From: Planctomycetota bacterium | GTDB taxonomy: Bacteria > Planctomycetota > UBA1135 > UBA2386 | DNA: 64,000 nucleotides | Assembly: GCA_965223545.1 (NCBI GenBank) | Contig: OZ245006.1 | Location: forward strand, 3,488,001 to 3,552,000 | Reading direction: 5' to 3' | Shown here: positions 47,859 through 58,395 of the stretch, piece after piece | How positions within the stretch are numbered: position 1 is the stretch's first letter | Layout of the letters: each line of letters opens with the position of its first letter | Notes under the pieces: model-generated | Databases searched by the model: none | The model's input: the letters and a program-made list of their open reading frames with translations, nothing else | What the model was told of the DNA's origin: nothing | Program-made: the position numbers and the translations under genes

Positions 47859-50423
47859 ATGGCCAAGCTACCCGTCATCGGCGCTCTGCTCCTGCTGATC
47901 GGTCTGGCAGCATGGCTGCTCACCTCGGACCGCGGCGCCGCGCCCGTGCTGGCCCCGGGCGACCACCCGACCGACAGCGCCGCAAACGCAAGGGCCAACG
48001 CCGCGGCGACGAAGGCAACCGCGATCGAAACGGCCGTAGAGCCGACGCGGACACCCTCCGCCGCCGGCGCCGAGCGCACCGCGGTCGAGCCGGCCGGCGC
48101 GGCCACCGACGGGTTATTGGTGCACTGCGTCACCGATGGCGAGACCCCGGTCGGCGGCGCTCGACTCTGGTACGTGCGCGAGGCGGATGCGTCCACGCGG
48201 CAGCGGTTTCGCAACCTCGACGAAATCGATGCGCTGATCGCCGAGCACGGCCAAGAGGTCGTCGCGCGCGCCGACGGCACGGCGCACGTCTCGGTCGCGG
48301 AGCACGGCAATACGCTACTCATGGCGACCTCCGGAGAGCTGTGGGGCTCGATGTCCGTCAACGCGGGGCACGAAGATCCGGTGACGCTGGTGATGGACAT
48401 CGACCACACGCTGCGCGTGCGCGTCGTCGGCGCCGCCGGCGAGCCCGTCGGTGGCGTGCCGGTGGCGATCGAGCAGCGGCACCGCGACTGGCAGTTCGCA
48501 CAACGCCACGCGGAGACGGCAGCCGGCGACGGAATCGCCGTCTTCCGGCACGCGCAGCGCACCGTGCGCGAAATCGAGGACCGCTCCTATGCAGCCGTGG
48601 TCGAGGCGGCGCTCGAACCGGTACCCGCGCACGCGCTGGAGCCGGCAGCCCTGCCGGCCGAACCGGTGACGCTGCGACTGCCGCCACACGGCGCCGTCGA
48701 GGTGCGCGTCATCGACACCGATGGCGATCCGTTCATCGGCCGCGCCACGGCCGAGCTCGGCGTGATCCGCGCCGGCGAGGCACAGCGGTTGTCACCGTTC
48801 GGCGGAGTCCGGCGCCGCTACCAGAAAGAGCAGGTCGACGGCGGACGAGTCCGCTTCGCGGTCGTGGCGCTGGGCGCCGAGCTCGACCTCGGTATCCGCC
48901 GCGGCAGCTCTCGGATCGCCAACCGAACGTTTGCGCCGGGCCCAATGCGGCCCGGCGAGACCGTCGTGCTCGAAGCGCGGCTCGGCAGTGACCACCCCGT
49001 CCTGCAGCTCCGCGCGATCGATCAAGCCGGCCATCCGATCGGCGAGACCGCGCTGAACGTCCGCGTGCAGTCCGAAGGGCTGCACTTGACGACCAACCTC
49101 GACACCGCCGTGCGCACCGCGACCGACGGGACGTTCCACGTCGACATCGCCGCCGACTGGATCGAGGGTTCGACGCGGCTGCTGCAGGTGGCCAAGGGCA
49201 GCGTCGACGACCCCGAGCTGCGCGGCGAGGTCGACCTGTCGCGGCAGATCGGCACGGGCCCACACGACCTCGGCACCGTCACCCTGGCTGCTCCGCCGCT
49301 GTTCGCCGGCGGTCGCGTCGTCGACATCCACGGCAACCCGATCGCCGGAGCAAGATTGCTGCTCCGGCGCCGAGTCGAGGACCAAAGCTGGTGGAACCAC
49401 GTCCACGAGTTCGACCATCGGAGCGACCAACGCGGCGAGTTCGCGATCCGCGAAGCGATTGCCGGCGCCGAGTTCACGCTGGGGGCCGCGGCAGCCACCG
49501 CGGTCACGCCGATGCAAACCTTCGAGCCGGGCGCCGACGGGCTCGTGCTGGAGGTCCAGGAAGGCGGCACGATCGCGGGCCGGCTCCTGGTCGACGACTC
49601 CATCCCGACCAATGTGCTCTACGCCAACCTGAAGGCCCGCGAAGGGGTCAGCCTGGACCACTTGCAGTACCACGAGCACCGTCGACAGATCGGCGACGAC
49701 GGCGAGTTCGCGGTTTCTCGCCTGCTGCCCGGATCCTACGACCTTCGCATCGAAGCCGACGGGCTCGACGAGCCGCTCGAGACCATCGAGAACGTCGTCG
49801 TGCCAGCCGGCCAAGCGGCCCAGGACGCGAGGTTGACGATCGATCTGCGCGGCGCGCTGCACCACCACCACGTCACCGTCTCCGGCATCGAGGGGCGGGT
49901 GCAAGGACAGCTGCTCTACGGCCCCACGGGGACCAAGCCGTCACACACCCGACACTTCTGGAAGCCCGAGATCGACCTCGTCACGCGCTTCGCCGCCTTC
50001 GATCTCGTGCTCATGGTCACCGGGCGACGCACCGAAACGCGCACAGCGGTTTCCGGCAGGATCGAGATCGAGATGCGCGCCGGCATCCGCGTCCGGATCG
50101 CCTTGCAGGGCGACGCCGCGTTGCCAACTCCGCCGTTGCACGTGAAGGCCGTGCTCGTGCCCGAAGGCAATCAGCCCGGCGGAATCGACTTCGGCGCCGA
50201 CGCGTTCGACGAGCGTCGCTCCATCGTGGTCCGGGTCGTCAAGCCGGGCCCGGCAAACGTTTACTGGGTTCTCGAACGCCGTAGTCCCCAACACTCGATG
50301 GCGACGTCGATGAAGTCGGAGCCGCTGCAGACCGCAGAGGTGGCCGACACGGATGCGGTGCAAGAAGTCCGCGTGACGCTGACCGAGGCCGAGCTGGAAC
50401 GGCTGCTGCAACAGCTGCGTTGA
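47859..50423 (+). CDS. Membrane-anchored protein with carboxypeptidase-regulatory-like domains
   Basis: N-terminal TM; GRVVDIHGNPIAGA, SDQRGEF, DDGEFAVSRLLPGSYDL. Confidence 0.75.
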   Translation: MAKLPVIGALLLLIGLAAWLLTSDRGAAPVLAPGDHPTDSAANARANAAATKATAIETAVEPTRTPSAAGAERTAVEPAGAATDGLLVHCVTDGETPVGGARLWYVREADASTRQRFRNLDEIDALIAEHGQEVVARADGTAHVSVAEHGNTLLMATSGELWGSMSVNAGHEDPVTLVMDIDHTLRVRVVGAAGEPVGGVPVAIEQRHRDWQFAQRHAETAAGDGIAVFRHAQRTVREIEDRSYAAVVEAALEPVPAHALEPAALPAEPVTLRLPPHGAVEVRVIDTDGDPFIGRATAELGVIRAGEAQRLSPFGGVRRRYQKEQVDGGRVRFAVVALGAELDLGIRRGSSRIANRTFAPGPMRPGETVVLEARLGSDHPVLQLRAIDQAGHPIGETALNVRVQSEGLHLTTNLDTAVRTATDGTFHVDIAADWIEGSTRLLQVAKGSVDDPELRGEVDLSRQIGTGPHDLGTVTLAAPPLFAGGRVVDIHGNPIAGARLLLRRRVEDQSWWNHVHEFDHRSDQRGEFAIREAIAGAEFTLGAAAATAVTPMQTFEPGADGLVLEVQEGGTIAGRLLVDDSIPTNVLYANLKAREGVSLDHLQYHEHRRQIGDDGEFAVSRLLPGSYDLRIEADGLDEPLETIENVVVPAGQAAQDARLTIDLRGALHHHHVTVSGIEGRVQGQLLYGPTGTKPSHTRHFWKPEIDLVTRFAAFDLVLMVTGRRTETRTAVSGRIEIEMRAGIRVRIALQGDAALPTPPLHVKAVLVPEGNQPGGIDFGADAFDERRSIVVRVVKPGPANVYWVLERRSPQHSMATSMKSEPLQTAEVADTDAVQEVRVTLTEAELERLLQQLR

Positions 50424-50430
50424 GGTCATC

Positions 50431-52317
50431 GTGACGCTGCTGCGACTGGAGGACATCACCAAGAGCTTCGGCGCCGAGCCGATCCTCGCCGGCGTATCGA
50501 TGCGGGTCGAGTCGGGCGACCGCATCGGCGTCATCGGCGACAACGGCGCCGGCAAGACGACCCTCATCAAGATCCTCGCCGGCAGGGACGAAGCCGACCA
50601 CGGCACGCGCCACGTGAGCCGCGACGTGCGCGTGGCGTACGGTGCACAGATCCCCGAGCTGTCGGCTGGCACGACGGTCCTCGACTTCGTGCTGCGCGGC
50701 GACGGCAGCCACGACGCGCTGGAAGCCGAGGTGCGCGCGATGGAGGCGGCCCTGGCGGACCGGCCCGAAGACACACGCTTGCTCGAGGACTACGGCCACC
50801 TGCAGGGCGCGTTCGAGGCGGGCGGTGGCTACCAGCGCCGGCCGCTGTGCGAGAAGGTGCTGGGCGGCATCGGCTTCACCACCGCCGATCTCGGCAAAGA
50901 CGTCGGCGTGCTGTCGGGGGGCGAGAAGTCGCGCGCCGTGTTGTGCGCCTTGATGACGACACCGGCCGACGTGCTGATTCTGGACGAGCCGACCAACCAC
51001 CTCGACCTCGAGGGCATCGCGTTCCTCGAGAGCCACCTCCGCCGCTACCCAGGGGCCACTGTCGTCGTCAGCCACGACCGTCACTTTCTCGACCAAGTCG
51101 CCACTTCTATCATCGATGTCGATGCCGGCGAGGCGCACCGTTTCAAGGGCAACTACTCGGCGTACCGCACGCAGCGCGACGAACGCCTCCTCGCACAAGC
51201 CCGCGCCTTCAAGAGCCAGCAGGCGCTGATCGAGAAGGAGATGGAGTACATCCGGCGCAACATGGGCAGCCGGATGACGGCGCAGGCCAAGGGCCGCCTC
51301 AAGCGGCTGGAGCGGATCGAGCGCCTGACCAAGCCGCGCGAGTACGAGAACCGGTTCCGGCTCGAGCTGCGCGGGGGGCGCGGCCTCCCCGGCCAAGCCG
51401 TGCTCGAGGTCGAGGACCTCGGCGCCGGCCTGCCCGACGGACGCGTTCTGTTTCGCAACGCGCGCTTTCGCCTGGTGTACGGCGAGACCCTCGGCATCCT
51501 CGGCCGCAACGGCGCCGGCAAGACCACTCTGCTGCGCATCCTCGCCGGGCACCGGTCGCCGGAACACGGCATCGTCGAACGCGCACCCGGGGTGCGCGCC
51601 GGCTACTTCAGTCAGGAGATGCACGAGCTGCCGACCGACGGCACCGTGCTGGATGCAATGCGACGGGTCGAGGCCGACACCGTCACCGAGAAAGAGCTGC
51701 GCGACCACCTGGCGCTGTTCTGGTTCCGCGGAGACGAGGTCGACCTGCCGGTGGCCGGCTTGTCGGGCGGCGAGAAGCGCCGGCTGTCGCTTGCTCTCTT
51801 GGTTCGCGGCGACCACGACTTCCTGTGTTTCGACGAACCCACCAACCACCTCGACATCACCATGCGCGAGGGGCTGGAACACGCGTTGCGCGGCTATCCC
51901 GGAGGAGCGCTCGTCGTCAGCCACGACCGCGCGTTTCTCGAAGCCGTCACCGACCGCGTGCTGTGGGTCGAGGATGGCGCGGTCGAGGTCTACGACGGCG
52001 GTCTGGAACAGTGCCTGCGCCGGCGCGCGGCGCGGGCGACCAGCGCCTCCCGCCCGCGGGGCGGAGAGGCCGCCAGCAAGGCCGAACCCCCGACGCCGAC
52101 CAAGCCGAGCCCCGGCAAGATCCGCAACCCGATGCTGTTCGAAAAGCTCGAGCAGGAGATCTTTGCCCTCGAGGAGCAGCTCGAGGCGGTCAAGACGCGC
52201 ATGACCGAGCCGGAGAGCTATCGCGACCCCGACGCCATGCGCGCGCTCCAGCATGAGCAAACGGCCTGCGAGGCCAAGCTCGCCGACGCCTACCAGCGTT
52301 GGGAGAATTGGGACTGA
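50431..52317 (+). CDS. ABC-F family ATPase (Uup/YdiF-like)
   Basis: Two ABC domains (GDNGAGKTT, LSGGE, LDEPTNHLD, SHDR; GRNGAGKTT, LSGGE, DEPTNHLD), no TM segments, C-terminal coiled coil. Confidence 0.95.
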   Translation: MTLLRLEDITKSFGAEPILAGVSMRVESGDRIGVIGDNGAGKTTLIKILAGRDEADHGTRHVSRDVRVAYGAQIPELSAGTTVLDFVLRGDGSHDALEAEVRAMEAALADRPEDTRLLEDYGHLQGAFEAGGGYQRRPLCEKVLGGIGFTTADLGKDVGVLSGGEKSRAVLCALMTTPADVLILDEPTNHLDLEGIAFLESHLRRYPGATVVVSHDRHFLDQVATSIIDVDAGEAHRFKGNYSAYRTQRDERLLAQARAFKSQQALIEKEMEYIRRNMGSRMTAQAKGRLKRLERIERLTKPREYENRFRLELRGGRGLPGQAVLEVEDLGAGLPDGRVLFRNARFRLVYGETLGILGRNGAGKTTLLRILAGHRSPEHGIVERAPGVRAGYFSQEMHELPTDGTVLDAMRRVEADTVTEKELRDHLALFWFRGDEVDLPVAGLSGGEKRRLSLALLVRGDHDFLCFDEPTNHLDITMREGLEHALRGYPGGALVVSHDRAFLEAVTDRVLWVEDGAVEVYDGGLEQCLRRRAARATSASRPRGGEAASKAEPPTPTKPSPGKIRNPMLFEKLEQEIFALEEQLEAVKTRMTEPESYRDPDAMRALQHEQTACEAKLADAYQRWENWD

Positions 52318-52421
52318 GGCCGGACTCCGGCCAGTAGACGGGAGAAACCGACTTTCTTGCCGCACACCGTCGCTCGGTGGCAACGCATTGGCCACGTACC
52401 CGAAGCCGCGTGCCGCAAACG

Positions 52422-52967
52422 ATGAGTGTCCCCCGCCTTCGCCCGCCAGGAACCGCCGCATCCGGTCTGAAGGTTCACCGCGGACCACGTGGACCGCTCG
52501 TCCTGATTGCCGCGCTCGGGCTCGCGCCGCCCGCCACCGGCCAGTCCGTGCCGGAGATCGGGCTGGTCACGGCCCCGCGGTTCCTGCCCACTTTGCACGG
52601 CTCGTTCTGTGGCCCGCTGTCGTGCACACCGCACGGGTTCGAACTGCGCCCCGGCGGCTCGCACATTCTGTCGCATTTCGGCGCACCGGGCTCGCTGTTC
52701 TGCCTGATGGTGGGTCAGCGCGTGACCTGCACGACGATTCGGGGCATCGGAAACGCACTCACCATCGCCGATCCCATCGCCCTGGCCGCCGGCAGCACCG
52801 GCGCGACCGCAGTGGGCATCCCGTGCGGCCTCGGCCCGGCGCCCGTCACCATCGCGGTGCCCGCTGGCCTGCCGCCGGGGACCGTCTTGCGCTTCCAGGC
52901 GATCGGCATCGCCGGCACGGGCGCAGTGGCCTTCGGCCCGACGCTCGAAGGCAGCACCGCGCGGTGA
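52422..52967 (+). CDS. Small secreted Cys-containing protein
   Basis: Signal-like LVLIAALGLAPPATGQ; body resembles the accessory domain of neighbouring secreted proteins; start uncertain. Confidence 0.6.
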   Translation: MSVPRLRPPGTAASGLKVHRGPRGPLVLIAALGLAPPATGQSVPEIGLVTAPRFLPTLHGSFCGPLSCTPHGFELRPGGSHILSHFGAPGSLFCLMVGQRVTCTTIRGIGNALTIADPIALAAGSTGATAVGIPCGLGPAPVTIAVPAGLPPGTVLRFQAIGIAGTGAVAFGPTLEGSTAR

Positions 52968-53012
52968 CGCGCGCCGACACCAACTCTCTCCCCCCCACGA
53001 CCCCAGCAACCG

Positions 53013-54122
53013 ATGTCCATCGCACCCACCGCCGCAGCCCTCCTGATCACCGCCACCCTGCTGCCCTCCGCGACGGCACAGCGCACGCTCGTCGTCGCCA
53101 GCAGCGGCGGGGCTCCGTTCACCGAAATCCAGGACGCGGTCAACGCCGCCACTTCGGGTGACGTGGTCCTCGTGCGACCGGGGATCTACTCCTTCTTCGT
53201 CATCGACCGCAGAGGTGTCCACATCCTCGCCGACGCCGGCGCCATCGTCCGGCCCGGTCGGCTCAGCGCGTTCTCGGTGAGCAACCTCGGCGCGGGCGAA
53301 GACGTCGTCATCGCCGGACTGACGACCGAGGGCGCCGCCCTCGTCAGCGCGTTCCAGAACCGCGGGCGCGTGCTGTTCGAAGACCTCTCCCTGCCCGGCG
53401 TCCACGTCGGCGTCGCCGACTGCGACTCCTTCGCCGCCCATCGCCTCGCCGCCGGCTCGGTGTCCGTCGAGTCCAGCAACGCAGCCCTGGCGCGCTGTGA
53501 CCTCGGCGGTGGCCCCCTGCACGCGCTCGACGTGCACGACTCGAACGTCTCCTTTGCCCACGGCAGCTGCGGCTCGGCGGCGACCTCCGTCCTGTCCCGC
53601 GCCGGCATCCGGCACGACGGCGGCACCCTGGTCGTCACCGGCGATGCCAACACGGTGATCCGCTTCACGTCGGCGCCCGCCAACGGGTCCGCGCCGGCCG
53701 TGCAGACGCTGTCCGGCACGTTCACCGTGGCGCCGACCGTCCGCCTGCTACCGGCAGGGAGCGCCCCCGCGGTGGAAATCGCCGGGGGGCAGGCTCGGTT
53801 TGCGCCGGTGCCAGCACTCGAGGCGCGGGTCGCCAGCGGCCAGCTGAGCACCCGGTTGGACGCGCCCGGCGCGAGCTTCGCGGCCCTCGCCGCCGGCTTT
53901 GCCGCGAGCCCGCCAATTCCGCTCGGGGTCGCGGGCACCCTGTGGCTCGACCCCACCACCGCGATGCTGCTCGCGGTCGGCCCGGTCACCGCCGGCCAAC
54001 AACTCCTGATGCTCTCGGTACCGCCGCTGCCACTCGCCGCCCACATCACGCTGCAGGCGGCCGCGGTGCTGCCGACCAACCTGGCGCTGTCATCACCGGT
54101 GACCCTCACGGTGCGCCGCTGA
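53013..54122 (+). CDS. Secreted beta-helix-like protein with a C-terminal accessory domain
   Basis: Signal peptide; FTEIQDAVNAATSGDVVLVRPGIY is a typical beta-helix N-cap motif. Confidence 0.75.
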   Translation: MSIAPTAAALLITATLLPSATAQRTLVVASSGGAPFTEIQDAVNAATSGDVVLVRPGIYSFFVIDRRGVHILADAGAIVRPGRLSAFSVSNLGAGEDVVIAGLTTEGAALVSAFQNRGRVLFEDLSLPGVHVGVADCDSFAAHRLAAGSVSVESSNAALARCDLGGGPLHALDVHDSNVSFAHGSCGSAATSVLSRAGIRHDGGTLVVTGDANTVIRFTSAPANGSAPAVQTLSGTFTVAPTVRLLPAGSAPAVEIAGGQARFAPVPALEARVASGQLSTRLDAPGASFAALAAGFAASPPIPLGVAGTLWLDPTTAMLLAVGPVTAGQQLLMLSVPPLPLAAHITLQAAAVLPTNLALSSPVTLTVRR

Positions 54123-55086
54123 GCGGCGGCAGCTCCAACCGACAGACCAGCCCCTGCCCGCCGACGCAGACTACGCGGCCGGGCTCGAGGAGCGCGACAT
54201 CGCACAGCTCGGCGCGGTGCCGATAGTGCACAGCAAACGTGCGGCCGCCATCGGTGGTTGCGTACGCCAGCCCATCCATGGTGACCACCAAGCCTGTCCG
54301 GTGGTCGGCGAACGTGGCGGAATTCGGCTTGCCGGGGACCTTTCCACGCGACTGCCAAGTCAGCCCGCGGTCCTCGGACGCCAACAGTTGGCCATCACCG
54401 GCGACGACGAACACGGGGCCCGCCGCGGTGGGCGCCAAGTGGCGCAACCACGCCGTCGAACCACTCGCGACGCGGTGCCAGCTGCGGCCGCCGTCGGTGG
54501 TGCGCAGCAGCAATCCGCCGTCCCCGCACGCCAGACCGACTTCGCGGTCGAGCATGCGTACATCGCGCAGGTTGCGCCCGCTCTCCACCTCGGTGGCCGA
54601 GGTCTCGACGCGGTGCCAGCGGTGGCCGCCATCGCCGGTTCGCAACAGCAGCGGGCCATCCTCGGCGCCGGCGATCAAGCCGATGCGCTCGTCGGCGAAA
54701 TGCACCGCCGCGAGCCAAGCGGCACCGCACGGGAGCTCGACCGACTGCCAGGTCGCGCCTCCGTCGTTGGTCCGGAGCAGAGTACCGCGCAACCCACACG
54801 CGAAGCCGAGCTCACGGCCGGCGAAGTGCACGTCGTACAAGCGCGCGTGCACGGCCGGCATGTCGGGGACGGCGAACGTCCGCCCGCCGTCGGTGGTCCG
54901 CCAGAGCACGGCCGGGTCTCGTTCGCGACCGCCGCCGGCGACGACGAAACGCTGCGCGTCCACGCCATGCGCGGCGAGCAGCAGCGCCGGGGACGGAGTG
55001 GTCAGCGCACCCGCCGTCCAGGCTGCATCCGGACTGGCACAGGTCGGGAACAGCAAGAGCAGAGTCGCGAACGAGACCGGGCGCAT
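54106..55086 (-). CDS. YCF48-related / BNR beta-propeller protein
   Basis: Repeats TTDGGRTF, TNDGGATW, TGDGGHRW, TTDGGRSW, SEDRGLTW; G..CG..G.LL. Confidence 0.85.
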   Translation of the reverse strand: MRPVSFATLLLLFPTCASPDAAWTAGALTTPSPALLLAAHGVDAQRFVVAGGGRERDPAVLWRTTDGGRTFAVPDMPAVHARLYDVHFAGRELGFACGLRGTLLRTNDGGATWQSVELPCGAAWLAAVHFADERIGLIAGAEDGPLLLRTGDGGHRWHRVETSATEVESGRNLRDVRMLDREVGLACGDGGLLLRTTDGGRSWHRVASGSTAWLRHLAPTAAGPVFVVAGDGQLLASEDRGLTWQSRGKVPGKPNSATFADHRTGLVVTMDGLAYATTDGGRTFAVHYRHRAELCDVALLEPGRVVCVGGQGLVCRLELPPLSGAP

Positions 55087-55146
55087 GGTCGGCGAGGACG
55101 CCGGCGGGCTGCCTCGCGTTAGCGCGCGCTCGGGCAAGAGCAGCCC

Positions 55147-57357
55147 CTACTCTGCTTCCGCACCGGCGTTGCGCACCGAGCGACACGCGGCGACAACGGC
55201 GATCGCGTCGTAGTCGACAGCACCCTCGAGGTGATCGTGGATCGGGCGCAACCGGTCCGCACCGACCACGTCCATCGCCGCCTCGATCCGCCGCACGGAC
55301 GCGGCGTCCACCCAGCGCGATGGATCCCCGATGCCCTCGGCGCGCACGTAGTCGAGCAAGTGGCGACGCACGGTAGACGCCTTGAGCTCCAACTCGGTGG
55401 CGACCTCTTCGACCGACATGCCGCGCTCGAACAACGCCGCCGAGGCAGCCGGCCCGGACCGGCGCGCGCGTGGCGCCTTCGGCGCGGGCAGCGGCGCTGG
55501 TGGCGGCGGCGAATCGCCGAGCTCGACGTCCACGGCCAGACCGTGCTCGCCGGCGTACTCGCCGATGGCGTCGAGGAACACCCGCGCGTAGTCCTGCGCT
55601 TTCTTGACGCCGACCCCGCGCATCGCGAGGAAGCCCTCGACGGTCGTCGGCCGGTAGCGGGCGAACGCGCGCAACGAAGCGTCACCGAACACGACGTACG
55701 GCGGCACTCCCGCGGCGCGCGCCAGCGACGCCCGCAGCCGGCGCAACGCCTCGAACAGCCCGCGATCGACGCCTTCCCACGACTCGGCTGCCCCCTTGGT
55801 ACGCGCCCGCGGCCGCTCTTCGACCGGTCGCGTCAGCTGCACTTGCGCCTCGCCGCGCAAGAGCTCCGCTCCCGCCGCGGTGACGCGGAGGACGTTGTAA
55901 TCCCCGACGCGCGCCAGGTGGCCCTGACTGACGAGCTGGCCGATCCAATCGAGGATCGCCTTCTTGGAGAAGTCGCTGAGCAGGCCGTACGTCGACAGCT
56001 CGTCGTGGCGGTTCTGACCGATGCGCTGGTCCTTCGATCCCTTGAGCACCAGCGCGGTGTACTCGGCGCCGAACCGCTGGTCCTGCCGCAACACGCTGGA
56101 CAGGATCTTCTGGCCGATCACCAAGCTGTCGTCGACCAACGCCACGGCGCCGTCGCAGACGTCGCACTGATCGCCACAGTCGCGTTCGAGCTCCTGACCG
56201 AAGTGCCGGACCAGCGCGCGGTGGCGGCAGATCGCGCCGTTGCAGTAGTCGGTCATCGCGCGCAGGTTGGCGAGCGCGCCGGCCTGCGCCTCGCCCGGGC
56301 TGTCGAGCAGCATGCGCTGCCAGGTGTGCGCGTCGCTGCCCGAGTGAAACAGCACGCATTCGGCCTCGAGTCCGTCCCGGCCGGCGCGGCCACTCTCCTG
56401 CTGGTAGTTCTCCAGCGACTTCGGCATGCCGGCGTGCACCACGAACCGAACGTCCGGCTTGTCGATGCCCATGCCGAACGCAACCGTCGCGACGATGATC
56501 CGCACCCGGTCGGCGACGAACGCGTCCTGGTTGGCCTGCCGGTCCTGGTCGGTCATCCCGGCGTGGTAGGGCGCCGCCGAGAAGCCGGCCTCGACCAGCT
56601 GATCGCTCAGCCGTTCGACCTGCTTGCGCGAAATCGCGTAGACGATCCCGGCCTCGTCGGGATGGCGCGCAACCACCTCGCGCACCTGCGCGAGGATGCC
56701 GTCCCGGCGATGCACGCGATAGCTCAGGTTGGGGCGGTCGAAGCTGCCGACCAGCACCTCGGCATCGTCCAGTCCGAGCTGATCGGCGATGTCTTGGCGC
56801 ACGCGCTCGGTCGCCGTCGCCGTGTAAGCGTGCACCGCGACCCCCGGGCAGCGCTGTTTCAGCGTGCCCAGCTCGCGGTAGTGCGGCCGAAAATCGTGTC
56901 CCCACGTGCTCACGCAGTGGGCCTCGTCGACGGCGAAGAACGCGACGTCGACCTCGGCGAGCAGCTCCAGCAGGCCGCCGTCGGAGACCAGCCGTTCCGG
57001 CGCGACGTAGACCAGGTCGAGCTCGCCGGCGCGGAGCGCGCGGAACACCGCCATGCGCTCGCCGCCGGTCTGCATGCTGTTGAGGCAGGCGGCGGAGACG
57101 CCGTTGGCCCGCAGCGCGTCGACCTGGTCCTTCATCAGGGACAGCAGCGGCGAGACCACGACCGCCACCCCCTCCATGCACAGCGCCGGCACCTGAAAGC
57201 ACAGCGACTTGCCGCCGCCCGTCGGCAGGACCACCAGTGAATCGCGGCCCTCGAAGACCGCGGTCATGGCCTCCAACTGCAGCGGCCGAAAGCTGTCGTA
57301 GCCCCAGTGCTCGCGGAGGGTGGCCGCGAGGATCGTCTGCGTATCGCCGGTCGCCAT
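55147..57357 (-). CDS. recQ: ATP-dependent DNA helicase RecQ (helicase, Zn, RQC, HRDC, HTH domains)
   Basis: [61 protein letters not shown]. Confidence 0.97.
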   Translation of the reverse strand: MATGDTQTILAATLREHWGYDSFRPLQLEAMTAVFEGRDSLVVLPTGGGKSLCFQVPALCMEGVAVVVSPLLSLMKDQVDALRANGVSAACLNSMQTGGERMAVFRALRAGELDLVYVAPERLVSDGGLLELLAEVDVAFFAVDEAHCVSTWGHDFRPHYRELGTLKQRCPGVAVHAYTATATERVRQDIADQLGLDDAEVLVGSFDRPNLSYRVHRRDGILAQVREVVARHPDEAGIVYAISRKQVERLSDQLVEAGFSAAPYHAGMTDQDRQANQDAFVADRVRIIVATVAFGMGIDKPDVRFVVHAGMPKSLENYQQESGRAGRDGLEAECVLFHSGSDAHTWQRMLLDSPGEAQAGALANLRAMTDYCNGAICRHRALVRHFGQELERDCGDQCDVCDGAVALVDDSLVIGQKILSSVLRQDQRFGAEYTALVLKGSKDQRIGQNRHDELSTYGLLSDFSKKAILDWIGQLVSQGHLARVGDYNVLRVTAAGAELLRGEAQVQLTRPVEERPRARTKGAAESWEGVDRGLFEALRRLRASLARAAGVPPYVVFGDASLRAFARYRPTTVEGFLAMRGVGVKKAQDYARVFLDAIGEYAGEHGLAVDVELGDSPPPPAPLPAPKAPRARRSGPAASAALFERGMSVEEVATELELKASTVRRHLLDYVRAEGIGDPSRWVDAASVRRIEAAMDVVGADRLRPIHDHLEGAVDYDAIAVVAACRSVRNAGAEAE

Positions 57358-57450
57358 GGTCCCTCAGCTCCCGGGGTAGGTTAGCGCGGCGGAAGCTCGA
57401 GGTCTCGAACCGAACCGGTGGGCGCGGGTAGCATCCGGCGGAGTACCACC

Positions 57451-58359
57451 GTGTCCAGCATCGATCCAGAGGGCGTCACCGGCGATCACCGCATCGTCCT
57501 CGCCGACAACTTGCGGTTCTTGGCCGGCGTGCCCGATGCCAGCATCGACCTGATCTACATCGATCCGCCGTTCAACACCGGCAAGCGGCAGGTGCGGCAT
57601 CGAACGCGTTCGGTCCGCGACGACGCCGGCCGACACCGGGGCTTCGGCGGACAGCGATACCGCACCGTGGAGCTCGGCTCGTCCGGGTACGACGACGCGT
57701 TCGACGACTTCCAAGAGTTCTTGGCACCGCGCCTGCACCACGCCCACCGCGTCCTCGCGCCGCACGGCAGTCTGTTCCTCCACATCGACTATCGCGAGGT
57801 GCATTACTGCAAGGTCGCTCTCGACCGCATTTTCGGCCGTGCCTCGTTCATGAACGAAATCATCTGGGCCTACGACTACGGAGCCCGGACCAAGAAGCGC
57901 TGGTCGGCCAAGCACGACAACATCCTCTGGTACGCGAAGGACCCGACGAAATACCGGTTCGATTTCGACGCCATGGACCGCATTCCGTACATGGCTCCCG
58001 GCTTGGTCGGCGCCGAGAAGGCCGCCCGCGGCAAGACGCCCACCGACGTTTGGTGGCACACCATCGTCGCGCCCAGCGGCAAGGAGCGCACCGGCTACGC
58101 GACGCAGAAGCCGCTGGGTGTCCTGCAGCGCATCATCAAGGTGCACTCGCAGCGGGGAGACCTGGTGCTCGATTTCTTCGCCGGCAGCGGCACGACGGGA
58201 GAGGCCGCCGCGCTGAATGGCCGGCGGTTCTGGCTGGTCGACTCCAACCCCGAGGCGGTGGAGATCATGCGGCGCCGCCTCGCGCGCTTCGCGCCGCGCG
58301 TCGAGACCGCGGACCCGCCGGCGGCCTCCGGCGAGGCAGAAAATGCCGGCCGGCAGTGA
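57451..58359 (+). CDS. Site-specific DNA methyltransferase (N6-A/N4-C, beta class), orphan
   Basis: IYIDPPF catalytic motif precedes LDFFAGSGTTG SAM motif; YATQKP. Confidence 0.92.
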   Translation: MSSIDPEGVTGDHRIVLADNLRFLAGVPDASIDLIYIDPPFNTGKRQVRHRTRSVRDDAGRHRGFGGQRYRTVELGSSGYDDAFDDFQEFLAPRLHHAHRVLAPHGSLFLHIDYREVHYCKVALDRIFGRASFMNEIIWAYDYGARTKKRWSAKHDNILWYAKDPTKYRFDFDAMDRIPYMAPGLVGAEKAARGKTPTDVWWHTIVAPSGKERTGYATQKPLGVLQRIIKVHSQRGDLVLDFFAGSGTTGEAAALNGRRFWLVDSNPEAVEIMRRRLARFAPRVETADPPAASGEAENAGRQ

Positions 58360-58395
58360 ATCCGCGCGCCCACCGCGGTTAGCCGGGGCTCGACG

